NCBI RefSeq assembly: GCF_035084215.1
Contig: NC_090328.1
Span: 45,198,001 to 45,262,000 of the forward strand
Reading direction: 5' to 3'
Origin: Heptranchias perlo
Taxonomy: Eukaryota
DNA length: 64,000 bases
In this document: positions 48,193 through 62,084 of the stretch, in pieces
How the letters are laid out: every line of letters begins with the position of its first letter
Position numbering within the stretch: the stretch's first letter is position 1
Program-made: the position numbers and the translations under genes
The notes under the pieces: generated by a model
Told to the model about the DNA's origin: nothing
Seen by the model: the letters and a program-made list of their open reading frames with translations, nothing else
Databases searched by the model: none

Positions 48193-50852
48193 GTAAGTGG
48201 AAGCGCTGGCCATTCTAGCGTGAGTAATTCTTACAACATCACTGCTTTAAAGTGACTTCTGGGAAAGCTGTTGGACTGAAATGGTTCATAGCCTTTTGGT
48301 GACCTGTATTTTGTTGCCAACTAATCGTAGTCAGTGGCAGAAAGCCAATTTTTTTCTTTTGAATGGCTTGGCATCAAATGCAGAAAACAACTGTCGTCAT
48401 GTAAAAGTGTAAATGTATGAGTTTTCATTTTATGGATTTGATTGCCTCTGCTATTTAGTAACGCATGGACTTTATGCTGTATTAAATTGTAACATCATTG
48501 TGGGAAAGTGATTTGTTCAACTAGTATTTAGTTAAGCTTGATGGGTAATTGCAACTTAACTGGCTTCAAAAGTCATATTTAAAAGCCTATCATAAATTTT
48601 AAAATCCATATTTTATATTCTAAAAATGTTATGTTGAGGTTGGTAAATTACAAGGTATGCAGATAGGGAGTACAAATTATATCATCTGAACTTTGATTAA
48701 AAACCTTCGTTCTTTATACTTATTTATATATTATGTACAGTTAGCTTTTTTGCAAATTCAAGAAATAAGTAAACTTAATAAAATGTACATACTGCCTCAG
48801 GTTGCTGCCTTGTAGATAACCTCGAGGAATGTTAACCTTAAAAGTGGCCACTGCATGAGATGAGAGTCTTGACTTTCCTTGGTGTTCCATCCTATCAGGG
48901 AGCAACACAGAGACACTCCTATCCAATTTATGAACCATTTGGTAATAACTTTCCCTAAAGCTTTGTTATCTTAAAATCAAGGGTGAAGGCCTTTCCTGTT
49001 TGAAGGGGATTTCCCTGTGTATGTTAGCTAATACTTCCTTCAGTAGAATATGAGGTATCCAACAAAACTGTTATAGGCCAATGCAATTCAGAAACAACCT
49101 TAGCTTGAAGGATATATGTATAACAAACAAAGTAAGTCATATCATACCACCTGCATGTGCATTTCACCAATCCTTTGCGCCAGGACACAAAAGGACAAGG
49201 AAATATCCTAAATTTAAAAATGTACGCTCACAATATAAATTTTAAAAAGGTCCTGACATTAATTTGCTCAAGTACCGTTGAGGAACAACCTGAGACACAA
49301 AAAAAAATGCAAGTTTTAAAAGATGCAAGTTCCAGGTGTCTTTTTGCTGCACCTCAACATTGAGTTGTTCCCCACACCATAGGCTATACAGTCTACTCTT
49401 CAAAGTTTTATATTGTTCAAAAAAATTTGAATTATCCAATACTTCGAGTTAAGCCATTTGAATAAAACATTACAGGAGGAATTTTTGCAATTTCAGTTTG
49501 AATTAGGAAACTGAATGAACAGTAGTCGGGAGTCAAAACAGAGTAGTACCAATGTGGGGACTCGGCAAGTTCAGAAAATCCAATCTAGGTCTCAAAGTTT
49601 CAAGTGCTAATTATTGTACCAATGGACAAAATACTTTCATTAAGTGTTCAAAGTAGAAATTTTCCTAAGCAAATAAAGAAAATAAGCTACTACTATCACC
49701 ACAAAAGTTTGTAATAGCCCCTGACTAACTGAGGGCAATGCCATGAAGAATCCACTGGTAATACAAGAAAAATTGCGTATTTCCTATCATGTGCCACACA
49801 TCCTGTGTAGCACTTTGGCAATATGCTATGTATCATGTGCTGATTTCTGTGTTACATTTGGATTTGATATTTGTAAAACAACAGGTCACCTCTGTCAGAT
49901 GCCTGGTGCTCATGTTTGGCTCTAAGGCTATCTGTGTGCTCTTGGGGCATCCCTGAGCAATGCAATGGACGGCCCTTTCATAGATTTGTCTGCCGCCCTA
50001 CCCTGCCTGATCTTGTTTCCGGCCCAGCGCATGCTGATCCATTCTGGATGGTTTTCAGTGCTGATTTTGCTTTATAATGTTTTTGCAAATGGAAATTTCA
50101 ACTCCTGTCAGCAAATACTGCATGCGTTGTTGAAAACTACTTTCAAGCCGGGAATGTGCCTGAGGGGTTGGAGACAGGACTCATGGGTGGTGCAGTAATT
50201 CTCTGCTTGCCTCCACCTTGTGCTGCAGAACCCAGAGAACTTTGTGAGTTCAAATCAATATTCCCACCCATCTCCAGTTATGCCATATCCTAACCCCTTC
50301 CCACTGCTACTAAATGTGCAGTATTTACTTTGAACCTGGTACATATTGCTTACCATCTTGCTGAAGAAGTTAGAGAAAAATTGACCACATAAGTAAGGGA
50401 ATATATAATAATCAGGGCCACTGAAATGCAGTTTTCACAGAATTGTATCCGAAAACACTGGTAAAAATTCCAGAAAACCATTTAATGAAAACAAGTTGAT
50501 ATTCAGTCACTGTAAATCAGTGGTTCTGATAATACAGGACATAACACCCATATGCCATAAAACCACATATCCTCTGGCTTAAATGTGAGCAGCACCATGG
50601 CAGATCTGCTAGTACACAATACAGTTTTAATAATTTTATCAATAATATTTCAGGAGATATTGGATTGCCAAATTTCTCGCTGGTGCTTCATAAAAATTAG
50701 ACCTCCCATTAATGCTGCATTAATATCAGTGTGTTTTTGCATCAGTACTAATCCTATATGAATGTTTATATTTATATGTCAATATTATCTATACTTTGTG
50801 ATGCTTTATATATAAAAGAATTTTAACAATGGGTTTTATATTTTTTTTCTAG

Positions 50853-50941
50853 GGAGCAGAATCTTCCATTAGTGGCAAAGAGGTATTCTTCTCTAAAAGC
50901 TAAGGAAGCCAAAACTGGATCCAGTAAAATAAATCTGAAGG
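50853..50941 (+). CDS. SLF1: SLF1 exon 15 (EQNLPLVAKRYSSLKAKEAKTGSSKINLKG), just before the ankyrin repeats
   Basis: TTTTTTTTCTAG|G, AGG|GTAAGA; 89 nt, phase 2 to 1. K.NLKG precedes ETALH in recalled human SLF1. Confidence 0.88.
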
Positions 50942-51159
50942 GTAAGAACTTAATTATTCAACTAGAAATTAAGTATCGGCAGGCTGTTCCGTTCTGGAGG
51001 CACCACAGCTAAATTTCACCCTGCCCTTGCGTGATGCTCATATACACTTCCAGCAGGGGTCAATTACGAGCAGGTGCCCTGGCTCATTTACTTTTCTTCC
51101 ATAGCCACAGGCACTGGCAGCAGCAGTTTGCAGAGTTCCTGTTCTGTCTTGAGCTAAAA

Positions 51160-51555
51160 AGATTTAAGGTTAAGGGGAGATTTGATAGAGGTGTTCAAAA
51201 TCATGAATGGTTTTGACAAAGTAAATAAGGAGAAACTGTTTCCAGTGGCAGAAGGGTCAGTAACCAGAGGACACAGATTTATGGTGATGGGCAAATGTGC
51301 CTGGGGCGACGTGAGGAAACATTTTTTTCAAGCAGCGAGTTGTAATGATCTGGAATGCACCGCCTGAAAGGGTGGTGGAAGCAGATTCAATAGTAACTTT
51401 CAAAAAGGAATTGGATAAATACTTAAAGGGGGGAAAAAAATTTACAGGGCTATTTGGAAAGAGTGAGGAATGAGACTAATTGGATAGCTCTTTCAAAGAA
51501 CAAGCACAGGTACGATGGGCCGAATGGCCACCTCCTGTGCTGCACCTACTACGAT
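51160..51555 (+). mobile_element. CR1 3' fragment
   Basis: LRGDLIEVFKIMNGFDKVNKEKLFP..TRGHRF; tail GGGCCGAATGGCC..TGTGCTG. Confidence 0.85.
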
Positions 51556-53799
51556 ATTTATTATTTACTCTGCACTGAAGAATCGGATGCAGAAATACTA
51601 TTTATTAAATTTGCATGCTTATCTGTGTGTCTTGGTCACATCTTGGATTCTTAAATTTTTTTAAATTTCTTCCCTCATTTCCCCCCCCCCCCCCCCCACA
51701 ATTAATTTTCAGGAAGCAGATTTTAACTATGAATCCCACGATTTAAAGTCTTCAAAAACAGGGCTGTTAAAAAGATCCTGGGGCAATAATTGCTCATTTA
51801 CCACTGCCACATAAAATTGTTCATGGAGCAGCTCAATTATTTGTCATCTTTTCCAACTTTTTAACAGCTTGAGAGGGCAATATCTTGTTTCACTTAATTT
51901 TTATTTCACTTAGCACTGATTAGTCCATCTACCACTTTTCTGTAATCTGATGGGTGACCTGGGCCAATCAGATTTCATAAAAACAGAAACAGTGAGGAAT
52001 TTCAATGTTTTAATATGGATTATTAGGTTAGCCATTTATGTTACTGGAGCAGACCTTAAAGATGCCGCATTTGAAGATTTCAACAGCAAAATGTTTGTTC
52101 CCAAGCTTACTGTATTAGCTGTTCTAAACTATAAAACACAGTAATGCGGGGTGATTTTGATCTACATGATTTAAAAATCTCACATCTAGCAGGTCCGTTC
52201 CATTCTAATATGTTACACATGCAAATTCTATGTCACACTTGCACTTGATTGGTTTAAATAGCATAATCTCAAAGGCAAAATCACAAGTGCCAAATTAGGA
52301 AATGTACCAATGAAGAATTAACAAACAGGTACACAATCTACCAACAGTGAATCGCTACCAATGGGGAAACAGTGAAATTACTCAAAATAATTTTGAAAAT
52401 GTTTTCAGCTGTCATCTCGTGGACATCATTTGCATAACGTTTGTAACATAAACACAAGAGCTGGAATGCTATAAACTTACTCATAACTTTATCCAGAAAT
52501 CCATCCAGTAAGCTCCTCCCACCCCCCAGAAGCTTGCCGTCTTTCAGAGTACATAGAATATATAGCACAGAAACAAGCCATTTTGCCCAACTGGTCTACG
52601 CCAATGTTTATGCTCCACACGAGCCTCTGCTGACACTATTTACTTATTTACACTATTTACATCAACATAGAGTAGTTTTATATTTCTTGGCAGTGTTTTA
52701 TTTCTATTAAAAACCCAGATCCTAAATGAATGTGACAGTCTGCCTATTTTATGTTCTAGACAAGAAACTGCTATAATCTATCTCAGAAAACCTTTGATAG
52801 GAAATGATTTGTATTATTTTGGATTTAAAACATTATGTTTTATACTTCTAACCATGAAGGAAATCTGGAGGCACCCAAGGCAAAATATTAATGTTTAAAA
52901 CTGTGGTTGAAATTGAAAGAAAAACTGCTGGTTAAAAGAGGCACCCAAATATACTTCAGTTTATGTAATAGAGGTTAGATAAATGTAAATTTTATTATGT
53001 ATCTGACATTTGGATTCCTGAGAAAATGTCTTTTTATGAATGTGGCACTCAGTTCATCTGCCATCCTTATTCTAATGCCAGCTATAGCTTATCCAGCTCT
53101 ACTGCAAGAAGGTTGAGTGTTTGGGCTAAATTTCTAATCATACATAGTTAATTGGCCAGAAAATCTAACCCATAGTGGTATTAAAGTTTTAAACGGAGTG
53201 GGGTTGAAGAGAGAAACTTTAATTTAGAAATGCCCTGACTTAGTCAATTTGCAAGATAGATTTTTTTTAAATTTGAGAATTACCACTCATTCAGATTACT
53301 AGTTTGTATGTATGCTGAGCATGCCTTCAGGTTATAACACCTGGCTAGTCCTCTGATTTGAAAAGAAGGTTTGGCTTCTCCAATGAACAAATGGTTTGAA
53401 TTACCGCATAACTTGAAGTTTGTGCATTTGATTTGCAAACTTCTAGGAAACAAATGATATATGCTTGGTACACTTTAGAAATATTTGGAAAGAAGATCAA
53501 ATGTGAATGAATTCTAATGAAATGCTGCTTCTCTTGTACTATGTCAGCAAGGAAAAGCCATCTTTTTGAATGCTTGTATTTTCTTCCCTACTTTTCCCAA
53601 TTTCTTTCACCCCCCCCCACCAATCTTCAAAAAAGAGCTCACTCCTGCTTAGATACAGTTCCTTGGATGCAAGTCACCCTTCAGCATCTTGCCTGAGTGG
53701 CTATTATCGACTGCTGGAGAGTGAGTTTCACCTAATTTCTGTACATGAGCATTTTCAAGCAGGAATGACTGGGTAGTGATTGTTGGGAAGCCCTGGCTG

Positions 53800-54325
53800 A
53801 TTTTTTTCATCCATTGTCTTCATCTCTTCTAGGTTTAATTTCCCTAACCCCTTCCCTGCTTAAACACTGCACATGATTCAACTGATCCAAAATGCCGCAG
53901 CCCACTTCCTTGTCCTCTCCATGCTCCGCTGGCTTCCTGTGCACCACTGAGTTAACTTCAATATTCTGATCCTCCCTTTCAGATTCTTGCATTGCCTTGT
54001 CCTACCCTTCTTTCATACTCTTCTGCTTTACATCCCACACACACCCTCTGCTTGTCTAACATCGGATTTCTGTTGGTTCCCTTCTTCCGCCTCTCCATTA
54101 TTGGTAACTGCTCATCCAGCCATTGTGCTGCTACCCTCTTGGAATTCTCTGCCTAGTGCATACACTGCCTTGACACCTCCCTGCTTTCAGAAACTGCCTT
54201 AAAGCCCTTCTCTTTGTGCGTTTGGTCCTCCACCCTAACCCTCTCTTTTGCTGTGCTTCAACAATTTATTTTCTTCCTTAATGTGAAATGCTTCCTGCCT
54301 GTGAGGAATGCTATGGAAATCAAAG
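53800..54325 (+). mobile_element. old L2 3' fragment
   Basis: Degenerate CAACTGATCCAAAATGCCGCAGCCC..CTCTTGGAATTCTCTGCC..GTGAAATGCTT. Confidence 0.6.
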
Positions 54326-54586
54326 ATATTTTCTATGTTCAATATATACTGCATTTGTATTTCATTATTCCATAGATTTACATTTTTGGGAAAATAATAC
54401 TATTGAAATAAAAGTAATTCTGAAATTACTTTGAAGACTAAAGCTATTATGTCATAATTGTATAATATCATGAGGGTATAAAGAAAGTTTGTTCTAAAGC
54501 AGAACTGTAATGAATTTAGTGCATATTGGAATTGTTTTACAGTTAAAGCAAAATTGCATGTCAGTTGAGACAATCTAGTATATAAT

Positions 54587-55340
54587 GGCCTGGATTTTGC
54601 TCTGAGCGGCAAACGAACGGCGCACGCTGCTCATTAGATTTGAACTTACCCGCAAACTATCTACGGGCTTTTGGACAGCAACTTGCTGTAATGGGGAGCT
54701 GAAAAAAGTGCATGTCCTCTCCCGGGCACCTGTGAGCTGTGTGAACAGGGCAAGGAACTGTCTATCCCCTTAACCAATCAGATTGAAGAATCGTTAATGA
54801 ACAACGCAGACACAGAACCAGGAAGTGTAAGTTTGAAAAGTAAAATCAGGTACAGGAAGCAAAATAAAGAGAGGGTAAGAAATATTGAATTAAAAGACAT
54901 AAGAGCCAGAAAGAAAAAAAAATTGACTTTTTTTTAAAAAGACCAATAACAATTAAAATGTGAAGGATTGAGACTCCACACTTGTAAAAGTAAAGTTTCA
55001 GTGCCAGGGGTGGTGGTTGGTGGTCATTAAGACTTATCACACCATTAACATTTTAGTTAGACTTAAAAAAAAAAGACACATCTTTTTCTGGCACAAATAA
55101 TTTGTTTCCAACTGGGCAGGAGAGGAACTTTGTGCCATCGCAGCCATTTCAACGGGGAGCCAGCTGGCGAGATCTCCTTCCCACGAAACCTCTGGACGAG
55201 CAGGGCATCTGGTAGAGGAACTTCTGAATTTCTGTGTTTAATTGCGCATGCTCTGTTGCCGGAAGTTCCTCTACCATTTGCACTGAAACAATGGTGAGCG
55301 CTGTTAGGCTCACCATTATTTTTAGAGCAAATTCCGGGCC
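54587..55340. mobile_element. intact 754-bp MITE with 17-bp TIRs
   Basis: GGCCTGGATTTTGCTCT (54587-54603) / AGAGCAAATTCCGGGCC (55324-55340), 15/17 match; no ORF; homologous to 3191-4777. Confidence 0.8.
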
Positions 55341-55769
55341 TATGTTATTGCTTTTCTACATGCACCATTCGCTTCAACTTTTGACAGTTCTGTGTAACAT
55401 TTTGTAAATCTTTCAGCTTTGGAAGTCTAGATGTTTTTTTTTAAAAAGAAAAACATTTTTCTATTGCAGTACTGTACATGATTGACATTTCCACTACCAA
55501 GCTCTGAGGAGCAACATATTACTGATAGCCTGTAATGTTCAGAGTACCCCTTTGTCAACTGCAAAAAATGGGGACTGCAGAGTAAAACTAAATATACAAT
55601 ATAACAATTGTACTTCATAGAAAAATGAAGAGGAACTTGTATTAAAAACTCATCATTTACTTGATTTTCTGAAACCATGGGGGAATTGTAAACCCTCCCC
55701 CGGGAAAAGTGTGGGGGGGGGTTAAATTCTTAAAAATGGGAAACCAGACCCCAACCAGCCGCAAATGTT

Positions 55770-57920
55770 ATTCAATTAGTTCCATTCCCCTGCTCTTACC
55801 CCATAGCCTTGCAAATTTTTCCACTTCAAGTATTTATCCAATTCCCTTTTTGAAAGTTATTATTGAATCGGCTTCCACTACATTGTCAGGCAGTGCATTC
55901 TAGATCATCATAACTCGATGCGTTAAAAAAATTTCTCCCCTTCTCACCTGGTTCTTTTGCCAATTACCTTAAATGTCCAGTGTCCTCTGATTACCAACCC
56001 TTCTGCCACTGGAAACAGTTTCTCCGTATTTACTCTAGTAAAACCTTTCATGATTTTGAACACCTCTATTAAATCTCCCTATAACCTTCTCTGCCCTAAA
56101 GAGAACAGCCCCAGCTTCTCCAGTCTCCATATAACTGAAGTCCCTCATCCCTGGTACCAATCTAGTAAATCTCTTCTGCACCCTCTGTAAGGCCTTGGAT
56201 GTCCTTCGTAGAGTGTGGTGCCCAGAATTGAACACAATACTCCAGCTGAGGCCTAACCAGTCTTTTACAAAGCTTTAGATAACTTCCTTGCTGTTGTATT
56301 CTTATGCCTCTGTGTTTATAAAGCCAAAGATACCACATGCTTTTTTAACAGCCTTCTCAACTTGTCCTGCCACCTTCAAAGATTTGTGTACATAGACTCC
56401 CAGGTCTCTGCCCCTGCACCCACTTTAAAATTGTACCATTTAATTTATATTGCCTCTCCTCATTCTTCCTACCAAAATGCATCAATTCACACTTGTGTTA
56501 AATTGCATCTGTCATGTGTCTGCCCATTTCACCAGTCGATATGTCCTCCTGAAATCTGCTACTATCCTCCTCACTGTTTATTACATTTCTGAGTATTATG
56601 TCATCTGCAAACTTCAAAATTATGCCCTGTATACCTGAGTCGAGGTCATTAATATACATCAAAAAAGAGCAATGGTCCTAATACTGACCCCTGGGGAACT
56701 CCACTATATATTTCCCTCCAGTCTGAAAAACAACCGTTCACCACTACTCTGCATTCTGTCTCTTAGCCAATTTTGTATCCATGCTGCCACTGCTGCTTTA
56801 ATCCCATGGGCTTCAATTTTGCTAACAAGTCTATTAAGCGGTACTTTTATCAAACACCTTTTTGAAAGTCCATATACACATCAACTGCACTACCTTAATC
56901 AGCCCTCTCTGTTACTTCATCAAAGAACTCAATCAAGTTAGTCAAACATGATTTGCCTTTAACAAATCTGTGCTGACTTTCATTTTATTAACCCATATTT
57001 TTCCAAGTGACAATTAATTTTGTCTTGGATTATTGTCCCACCACCGACATTAGGGTGACTGGCCTATAATTGCTGGGTTCATCCCCCTCCCCTTTTTTGA
57101 ACAGGAATGTAACATTTGCAATCCTCCAGTCCTCTGGCACCGCTTCCATTACTAAGCGGGATTGGAAGATTGTGGCCAGAATCTCTGGTATCTCCACCCT
57201 TACTTCCCTCGGCAACCTAGGATGCATCCCATCCGGACCAAGTGACTTTTCTACTTGGAATCATAGAATGGTTACAGCACAGTAGGGGGCCATTCAGCCC
57301 ATGCCAGCTCTTTGTAAGAGTAACCCAGTTAGTCCCATTCCCCCGTTCTTTTCCAGTAGCTCCTGCAAATTTTTTCCCTTTGTGTATTTATCCAATTCCT
57401 TTTTGAAAGCCATGATTGAATCTCCTTCCACCACCCTTTCAGGCAGCGCATTCCAGATCATAACTACTTGCTGTGTTTAAAAAAAATAATAATTTTTCCT
57501 CATGTTGCCTTTTGGTTCTTTTGTCAATCACCTTACATCTGTGTCCTCTGGTTCTTGACCCTTCCGCCAATGGGAACAGTTTCTCTTTGTTTACTTTATC
57601 TAAACCCTTTATGATTTTGAACACTTCTATCAGATCTCTCAACTTTCTATGCTCTAAGTAGAACAACCCCAGCTGCTCCAGTCTATCCATGTAAGTGAAG
57701 TCCTTCATCCCTGGAACCATTCTAGTAAATCTTTTCTGCACCCTTGCTAAGGCCTTCGCATCCTTCCTAAAGTGTGGTGCCCAGAATTGTACTTTGAGCA
57801 CTCCAACCTTTTAAGAACCTCCCCTTTATCTATTTTTATCCTATCCAATTTCTCTACTACCTCCTCCTTTACTGTGACATAGGCAGCATCCTCTTTAGTG
57901 AAGACAGATGCAAAGTACTA
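55770..57920 (-). mobile_element. CR1 LINE remnant, split by a second CR1
   Basis: VQKRFTRLVPGMRDFSY and AVPEDWRIANVT..NYRPV; continues 57790-57920 after the nested copy. Confidence 0.85.
57257..57789 (-). mobile_element. nested CR1 3' fragment with short TSD
   Basis: Own tail GAATCATAGAATGGTTACAGCAC; QFWAPHFRKD; TACTT at 57252-57256 and 57790-57794. Confidence 0.85.
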
Positions 57921-60909
57921 TAATTTGATACAAGACAAATGTGAAATGAAGTAGAAAATTTAAAAGTTTGATTTTTTTTTTTAACTAAGCATTTCTGCAG
58001 TTATTAATAATAGGAGCCTGTTCTTCAGCAGTTGAATTTGTAGAAAAATTAGAAATGTAGTGCCGTGTTTTTAAAGTATGAGAATTAGTTCAAGCTACAT
58101 GTTCAAAAAAATGAAGCCTTTTACTGTTTATGAAACACAATGTCAATTCTGGTCATTTTTAATGCCAAGTTTATTTTTCAGCGTGACCAGATGAAATTGT
58201 TCTAGTGGAATACATCGTATTTCCAGACAAGTGTTAAAACTAAGCAATGATGAGCGATGAATACAGATTTTAAAAAATTAACATTTGAAAAATTGTCTTC
58301 TAGACATTCATTTTACAGCAGTTTTGTTTGTACAATTTGTGTTCAATTTTAATCCTCTGCATTAAGACAAAGGACACTTGTCCTATGCAGTTGGCAAAAT
58401 ATATGGTTGTGTAATCCATTTCTTAGTGGTATTTTTAGAAAGCAATGGATGCCTTTTCTGGAATTTTAATGAGGACATTTTTTCTACTATTTTAATTAAT
58501 AGATGTGGTAGTCTAGCTTGCTTAGTAAAGGCAGAGTTTGTAATTGGGTATTTAGCAAAAGGTAGGTCTGTGCACTTTATTGCTGCCCTCTTTTGTAAGA
58601 TTATAGATTTATCCTGTTCATATGATCTGACATCAGTGTTGCTTTGTGTTCAATAACAATTTTCTTTTTTGTGCTGGTCTGTTCTATTCTCTAGAGCTGC
58701 TGAGGTAGATTCACAGCAAAGCTAAACAATTGGCATCTTGAATATAACAAGTAAACTGACTTTTAGACCACCATTAAGTTAATCATAGTTTCTCCTGTGG
58801 TTTCTTGCCTTTGGGGAATTGCAATTTTTCTGTAAAACTCTATTACTTTTAGCAGCTGACTTTTCTGGTTGTATTTTTAAATAGGTGTTGATATTTGACT
58901 TGAATACTAATTTCTTACACTTGTTAAAGCATATTGTTTGCATGTTAATATGTAAGACTGTTGGACTAAATATTGGTGTTCCAACGCAGAGCAGAGCATT
59001 CGGACACGTGTTTATTTCATTGTGACATTTGTATTTTCTAATCTGGGTGAAGACTAGGTGCAATGAAGACTAGGCACTTGCTCATGGAGGACATAAAGGA
59101 ATCTGAGAACTGGTTTCTTCAAGCCACATTCCAACATTTCTCAATGCTCTGGTCAAGTGCAGCATTGGCCTGAACTTAGGAACAGGTCATTGACATCTCT
59201 AGCTTAGTGAGTCTGAAGAGAGATGGGGAGGCAATAGAATGTAACTTTCAAATCATTTTAAAAATAGGTTCATTTGTATATTATAATTGTCTAGCACGTC
59301 CTGTAAATATACCACACCAATAACAATCGTGGGGAATTGAGAGCAATTATATCAAAATGGACAATTTAACTGTTTCCTGAAAGTAAATGCTGGAAATTCA
59401 CATTGCCCTAACAATTTTTTGTGCTCGATACAGCTCAAACATTGGAGGGTGGGAAATACAGGGAACATGCAAAAATGTTAGATAACTAAAACTTTGAAGA
59501 GAGTAGCATGGGTGAGAGTAGCATGAAGTGAGATTTCAGAAGGATGACATCTTAGAAAAAATTCCAAGATATAAAACCCTTGCTTTTATACAATGGAAAA
59601 TTGAATAAATAGCAACATAAAGTCTGGACAACCTGCTTTAATCTTTTAATTACAGAAATGCTCTTCAACACTTGCAATGGTTTAATGTGTAATCTAAGAT
59701 CATTTTTCAGTAATCTTCATAGGTTAATGAATTTCTGTTGCTTTGTTTCAAAAGCAGTTATTCTACACACAAAGATTTGACTGCAGTATCTGTAGAGTGT
59801 GATGCCAACACAGGTCTGATGATATACTCCCCACACCACATACTGCGCTTAGGGGCAAAAGAACTCTATACATGCGTGTGTTTATATAAATGTGATACCT
59901 TTATTAAATCCTCCAGCTATAGTGGTAATGCGGTATCAACTTTGATTTTAAGCAGTTCTCAAATCTAAGGTTCTCTCCTGCCCCCTATTGGCTGTTTTGG
60001 ACCTGGTATATTGTTTCAAGCTAATAATCTGAATTCCTTTGCTCACCCATCCGTTCACAGTATTATGCATTTACCCTTTAGTCACAAAAGAAGTTCTACA
60101 TTAAATCCCATAGGTGTTTTATTTATCTGCAAAGCTAGGCAGCTAACATCAGGCCAATCCCTAGCCTTATTTCAATTGGTCAGTGATGTGGGTGCCAATA
60201 TCATACGAAGTCCTGCTTCTCAAAGGCAAATGGCAAAGTGCTGACAGATGTGTATTTTCCAGACCATTAACAAGAATAGGCAGTAGCTGTTTCAGTTGTC
60301 CTGTGGGAGGAGATCTACTGGTGTTTGTATTCATCAAGGTCTGCTGGCAACTGTACAGAGTGCAAGAGTCTTATCTGCATCTTTTACATTCTGTGCTTTA
60401 ACACTACCATGGTGGGAACGGGATCAGTTTACTGAGTTTTAAATGCAGTATAGGTTCGTAGTGCATATCAGCCTACGTTTTTCCTGCATGAGACGAGTAG
60501 CAACAAAGTTATGCTAAATTCTTCTCTTTGTACTTGATTTTAGTATTTTAATAAAGTTTCACAATATTAGTAACTCGGGCGTGCTACAAGGGCAAAGCCT
60601 TTATATTTGTACAATATTTTCAACCTCATTGAGACTTGCCATTTTGGGGGTCTCCTATCCTCCCAAGACACTCCAGTGACTTGGATTATGGAGGTGGGGC
60701 AACCTGTGTGCTTTACAGCATGGCGCTCTTGATTTTGATCACAGTTCAGGCAAGCCAGGGGAGTCTAATCCATTGATTTCCACTTTTTTATTGTGTCTAT
60801 GCAGCATCCCCAGATTAAGTATGGCATGTGTTACATACTCAGAATTTGAGTACTAAAGGAGGATATTTGTGAAACTCTGAGGGAGTTGGATGCGGGAACG
60901 ATTTGACAG

Positions 60910-62081
60910 ACAGTAAAGGCGAGGCTGAAGCGTTTGCAACCATCTTCAGCCAGAAGTGCCGAGTAGATGATCCATCTCTGCCTCCTCCCAATATCCCCAC
61001 CATCACAGAAGCCAGTCTTCAGCCAATTCGATTCACTCCACGTGATGTCAAGAAACTGCTGAGTGCACTGGATACAGCAAAGGCTATGGGCCCCGACAAC
61101 ATCCCGGCTGTAGTGCTGAAGACTTGTGCTCCAGAACTAGCTGCGCCTCTAGCCAAGCTGTTCCAGTACAGCTACAACACTGACATCTACCCGACAATGT
61201 GGAAAATTGCCCAGGCATATCCTGTCCACAAAAAGCAGGACAAATCCAATCCGGCCAATTACCACCCCATCAGTCTACTCTCAATCATCAGCAAAGTGAT
61301 GGAAGGTGTCATCGACAGTGCTATCAAGCGGCACTTACTCACCAATAACCTGCTCACCGATGCTCAGTTTGGGTTCCGCCAGGACCACTCTGCTCCAGAC
61401 CTCATTACAGCCTTGGTCCAAACATGGACAAAAAAGCTGAATTCCAGAGGTGAGGTGAGAGTGACTGCCCTTGACATCAAGGCAGCATTTGACCGAGTGT
61501 GGCACCAAGGAGCCCTAGTAAAATTGAAGACAATGGGAATCAGGGGGGTGGGGGAAGCTCTCCAATGGCTGAAGTCTTACCTAGCACAAAGGAAGATGGT
61601 AGTGGTTGTTGGAGGCCAATCATCTCAGCCCCAGGACATTGCTGCAGGAGTTCCTCAGGGCAGTGTCCTAGGCCCAACCATCTTCAGCTGCTTCATCAAT
61701 GTCCTTCCCTCCATCATAAGGTCAGAAATGGGGATGTTCGCTGATGATTGCAGTGTTCAGTTCCATTCGCAACCCCTCAGATAATGAAGCAGTCCGTGCC
61801 CGCATGCAGCAAGACCTGGACAACATCCAGGCTTGGACTGATAAGTGGCAAGTAACATTCGCGCCAGGCAATGACTATCTCCAACAAGAGAGTGTCTAAC
61901 CACCTCCCCTTGACATTTAACAGCATTACCATCGCCGAATTCCCCACCATCAACAAGCTGGGGGTCACCATTGACCAGCCATATAATACTGTGGCTCCAA
62001 GAGCAGGTCAGATTAGGGTTGGGCAATAAATGCTGCCCTCTCCATCAATGCCCACATCCCATGAACGAATTTTTTAAAAAA
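60910..62081 (+). mobile_element. Zenon-like LINE, 5'-truncated, with ~0.5-kb internal deletion
   Basis: 293-aa open RT segment ([28 protein letters not shown]); jumps at 62012/62013 from GAGCAGGTCAGA to the 3' tail. Confidence 0.92.
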
Positions 62082-62084
62082 GCA

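Noticed and set aside
58247-58380. C/D box snoRNA (ATGATGA at 58247)
   Set aside because: No D box (CTGA) or terminal stem was found within the expected distance.
59656-59722. Candidate next SLF1 exon (TACAG acceptor, short open frame)
   Set aside because: The translation (EMLFNTCNG...) has no ankyrin similarity and the donor is weak.
3278-62081. Strong antisense orientation bias of intronic LINEs
   Set aside because: The longest copies are antisense, but many sense copies exist and the numbers are too small to claim a bias.
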